NCBI GenBank assembly: GCA_040954595.2
Contig: CM082591.2
Coordinates: 5,549,009 to 5,613,008 of the forward strand
DNA from: Balanoglossus misakiensis
Taxonomy: Eukaryota; Animalia; Hemichordata
Length of the DNA: 64,000 bases
Direction: 5' to 3'
The position numbers were made by a program, and so were the translations under genes. Shown here piece after piece: positions 62,001-64,000 of this stretch (positions within the stretch are counted from its first letter, which is position 1; each line of letters begins with the position of its first letter). The notes below the pieces were generated by a model. The model ran no database searches. It had not been told where the DNA came from and was given only the letters and a program-made list of their open reading frames with translations.

Positions 62001-63609
62001 AAGTCAGTTTTCAACTAGCACAGTAATGGTAAACAGTACTGGCTGTACCTGACAAGCTTAGGACAGGACTGGGCATGTCACTATTCTCTAGGGAATAAAA
62101 CCAGAAACTGCAGTTAAATAACGGTATATGATAGATAAAAATACTGAAAAAAATTACAGCTACCGGTACATGTAACAGAGCTGGTAATAAAAAAACAGTT
62201 CTATATGTGACTAACATCCTCACAATGTTGTTGTTTCGTATAAATATACTGAAAAAAAATGCAGCTACATGTAACAGAACTGGTAAAAAAAACCCAGTTC
62301 TAAATGTGACCAACATCCTCACGATGTCATTGTTTCATATACGTATACTGAGAAAAAAATACAGCTACATGTAACAGAGCTGGTAATAAAAAAACAGTTC
62401 TATATGTGACTAACATCCTCACAATGTTGTTGTTTCGTATAAATATACTGAAAAAAATACAGCTACATGTAACAGAACTGGCAATAAAACAAGAGTTTTA
62501 AATGTGACCAACATCCTCACGATGTCATTGTTTCGTATAAATATACTGAAAAAAATACAGCTACATGTAACAGAACTGGAGTGGTAATTAAAAAGAGTGT
62601 GTAAAAATGTGACCAACAATGTCATTGTTTTGTATCTTCCAGGTGTACGTATGGGCAGCTGGGGTCTGTTGCTGCACGGAATCACAGCCGTCATATACTC
62701 GGCATGTCTGGAAGCCCTGGTCAGTACAGTGGGCACCCGGAAAACCTACATGTTTGGGATCATAACCTTCTCCATCGCCACCACTTTCATTATTTTCACC
62801 CGGAATTTGACCATGGTCTTGTGGCTGTCGGCTGTGACTGGATGTGCCTATGCCACCGTGACAGCGTTACCTTACACCTTGCTGACCACGTATCACGAAA
62901 ATCAAGAAGTAAGTAACCATGACGATTCATGAATTAACTTTTAGAAAGAAAAAATACCCTTTTTGTGGGCTGACTTCCACACGTTATAGACAGCTGGTAT
63001 TATTGTAATTTTGCATCAGATTCTCAAACCACATTAATACTTCAAATGTTCTCCCTATCCTTTAAAATCATCAGCATCAGGCCATTTTACTCGTATTTGC
63101 ATCAGTTTTGTCATCTTTTGGTGAGGCATATCACGATAGTTGTGCACTCTTTAATGGAGGCCGATTAAACGGGTGTGGCACCTGTTTAATACAGCACCTG
63201 TTATTGTAACATACAGCCACAATCAGGCGTCAATTAGATGTTCATGTATACCTCTACATGTATCAGTAAGCTTATTTAGATGGAAAATAAAACAGCATAC
63301 GTTTGTGTCTCAAGGGACTGTGAGCTAGTTGCCACTAAACAGCTCATTTCCAGTCAATAGTAAAACATATCGTTGTGTTTATATTTTTTTCAGAGATATT
63401 ACGCGGATCTTTCAGCGGACAAGCAACATTTACACGGCAAAGGAACTGATGTGGCACTTTTGGACAGTGCATACTTCCTCTCAGAGACTGTATCAGCATT
63501 CTTGTTTGGGTTGATGGTGCATTGGACGGGCACCACTGCGATCTACATGGTGTGTTCTGCAATCTTCGGCTTCCTGGGATGTGTGTATGTTCTGAGAATT
63601 CACTTCTGA
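56088..63609 (+). CDS. SLC45A3: SLC45-family MFS sugar:H+ symporter, most similar to SLC45A3 (prostein), ~546 aa, 3 coding exons
   Basis: Exons 56088-57246, 62643-62908, 63394-63609 (1641 nt). Motifs GLELC...YIPPMLL, SDQCTSRYGRRRPFI, LDFCTQACYTPFEALLSD, LFFTDFVG..IYHGNP, YDAGVRMGSWGL, LPYTL, GKGTDVALLDSAYFLS. Subfamily assigned by eye. Confidence 0.9.
57580..57929. mobile_element. Kolobok-like MITE (related inverted fragment at ~49057-49250)
   Basis: ttaa|agggatattagctgtaact ... agtcacagcttagcc; shares the gaattc..tcnggac..gaattc core with 49200-49240. Confidence 0.6.
61626..61972. mobile_element. MITE M1 full copy in an SLC45 intron
   Basis: agggacaaagtctc ... gagactttgtccct|ttaa. Confidence 0.9.
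62138..62635 (+). repeat. ~99-bp minisatellite, ~5 units, ending at the SLC45 splice acceptor
   Basis: atactgaaaaaaatacagctacatgtaacaga...atgtgacnaacatcctcacnatgt repeated. Confidence 0.9.
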
Positions 63610-63657
63610 ATTCACTGCCTGACTTTCCTCATGTTTGCAGATTTCCTATAGGTTTAA

Positions 63658-63992
63658 AGGGACAAAGTCTCTTTCTCACTGCCCTTTTCCATTAATTATG
63701 TTTGATACAAGACACTGTTTATGTTAATGTACATGTGTATATGTAGTTCAACCACATACAACTTCCATCCCACTTGTAGACATGAGAGAAAAAACCTGCC
63801 AAAATGAATAACCTGTCTCTACCATTTATTCATTTTGGTGAGATTTTTGGTCTCATATCATACAAGGGGGGTGGAAGTTGTGTGTGGGTAAACGTTGATT
63901 CATTGTATAGCCATATGTACATTGACATAAACGGTGTCTTGTATCAAACATAATTAATGGAAAAATGGCAGTGGGAAAGAGACTTTGCCCCT
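63658..63992. mobile_element. MITE M1 full copy 49 bp downstream of the SLC45 stop
   Basis: ttaa|agggacaaagtctc ... gagactttgcccct|ttaa. Confidence 0.9.
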
Positions 63993-64000
63993 TTAATACA

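Overview
AT-rich, intron-containing animal genomic DNA. An invertebrate deuterostome such as a hemichordate is my inference from gene content, not a determination. Left part: a very recent ~16.1-kb tandem duplication (1-12379 matches 16112-28459). Each copy carries a 9-exon proteinase K/aqualysin-type S8 protease with two unusual C-terminal six-Cys repeats, plus remnants of intronless TRIM-NHL genes. The duplication junction (12379/12380) lies inside a foldback MITE with a 9-bp TSD, and it fuses a RING-B-box-B-box-coiled-coil TRIM 5' half onto a TRIM-NHL pseudogene. An intact intronless TRIM-NHL gene follows (30849-33077), then a LINE 3' fragment. At 37288-38423 is a small 4-exon gene for a secreted six-cysteine peptide; the ORF track catches only its third exon, and I cannot assign it to a family. 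Right part: a 17-coding-exon GCC1 (GRIP golgin, minus strand) head-to-head with an SLC45A3-like MFS transporter (plus strand). The window is dense in TTAA-flanked MITEs (Kolobok-like and piggyBac-like) and microsatellites. I recognised no tRNA, rRNA or CRISPR. All exon models were assembled by eye from GT-AG sites and reading-frame continuity.
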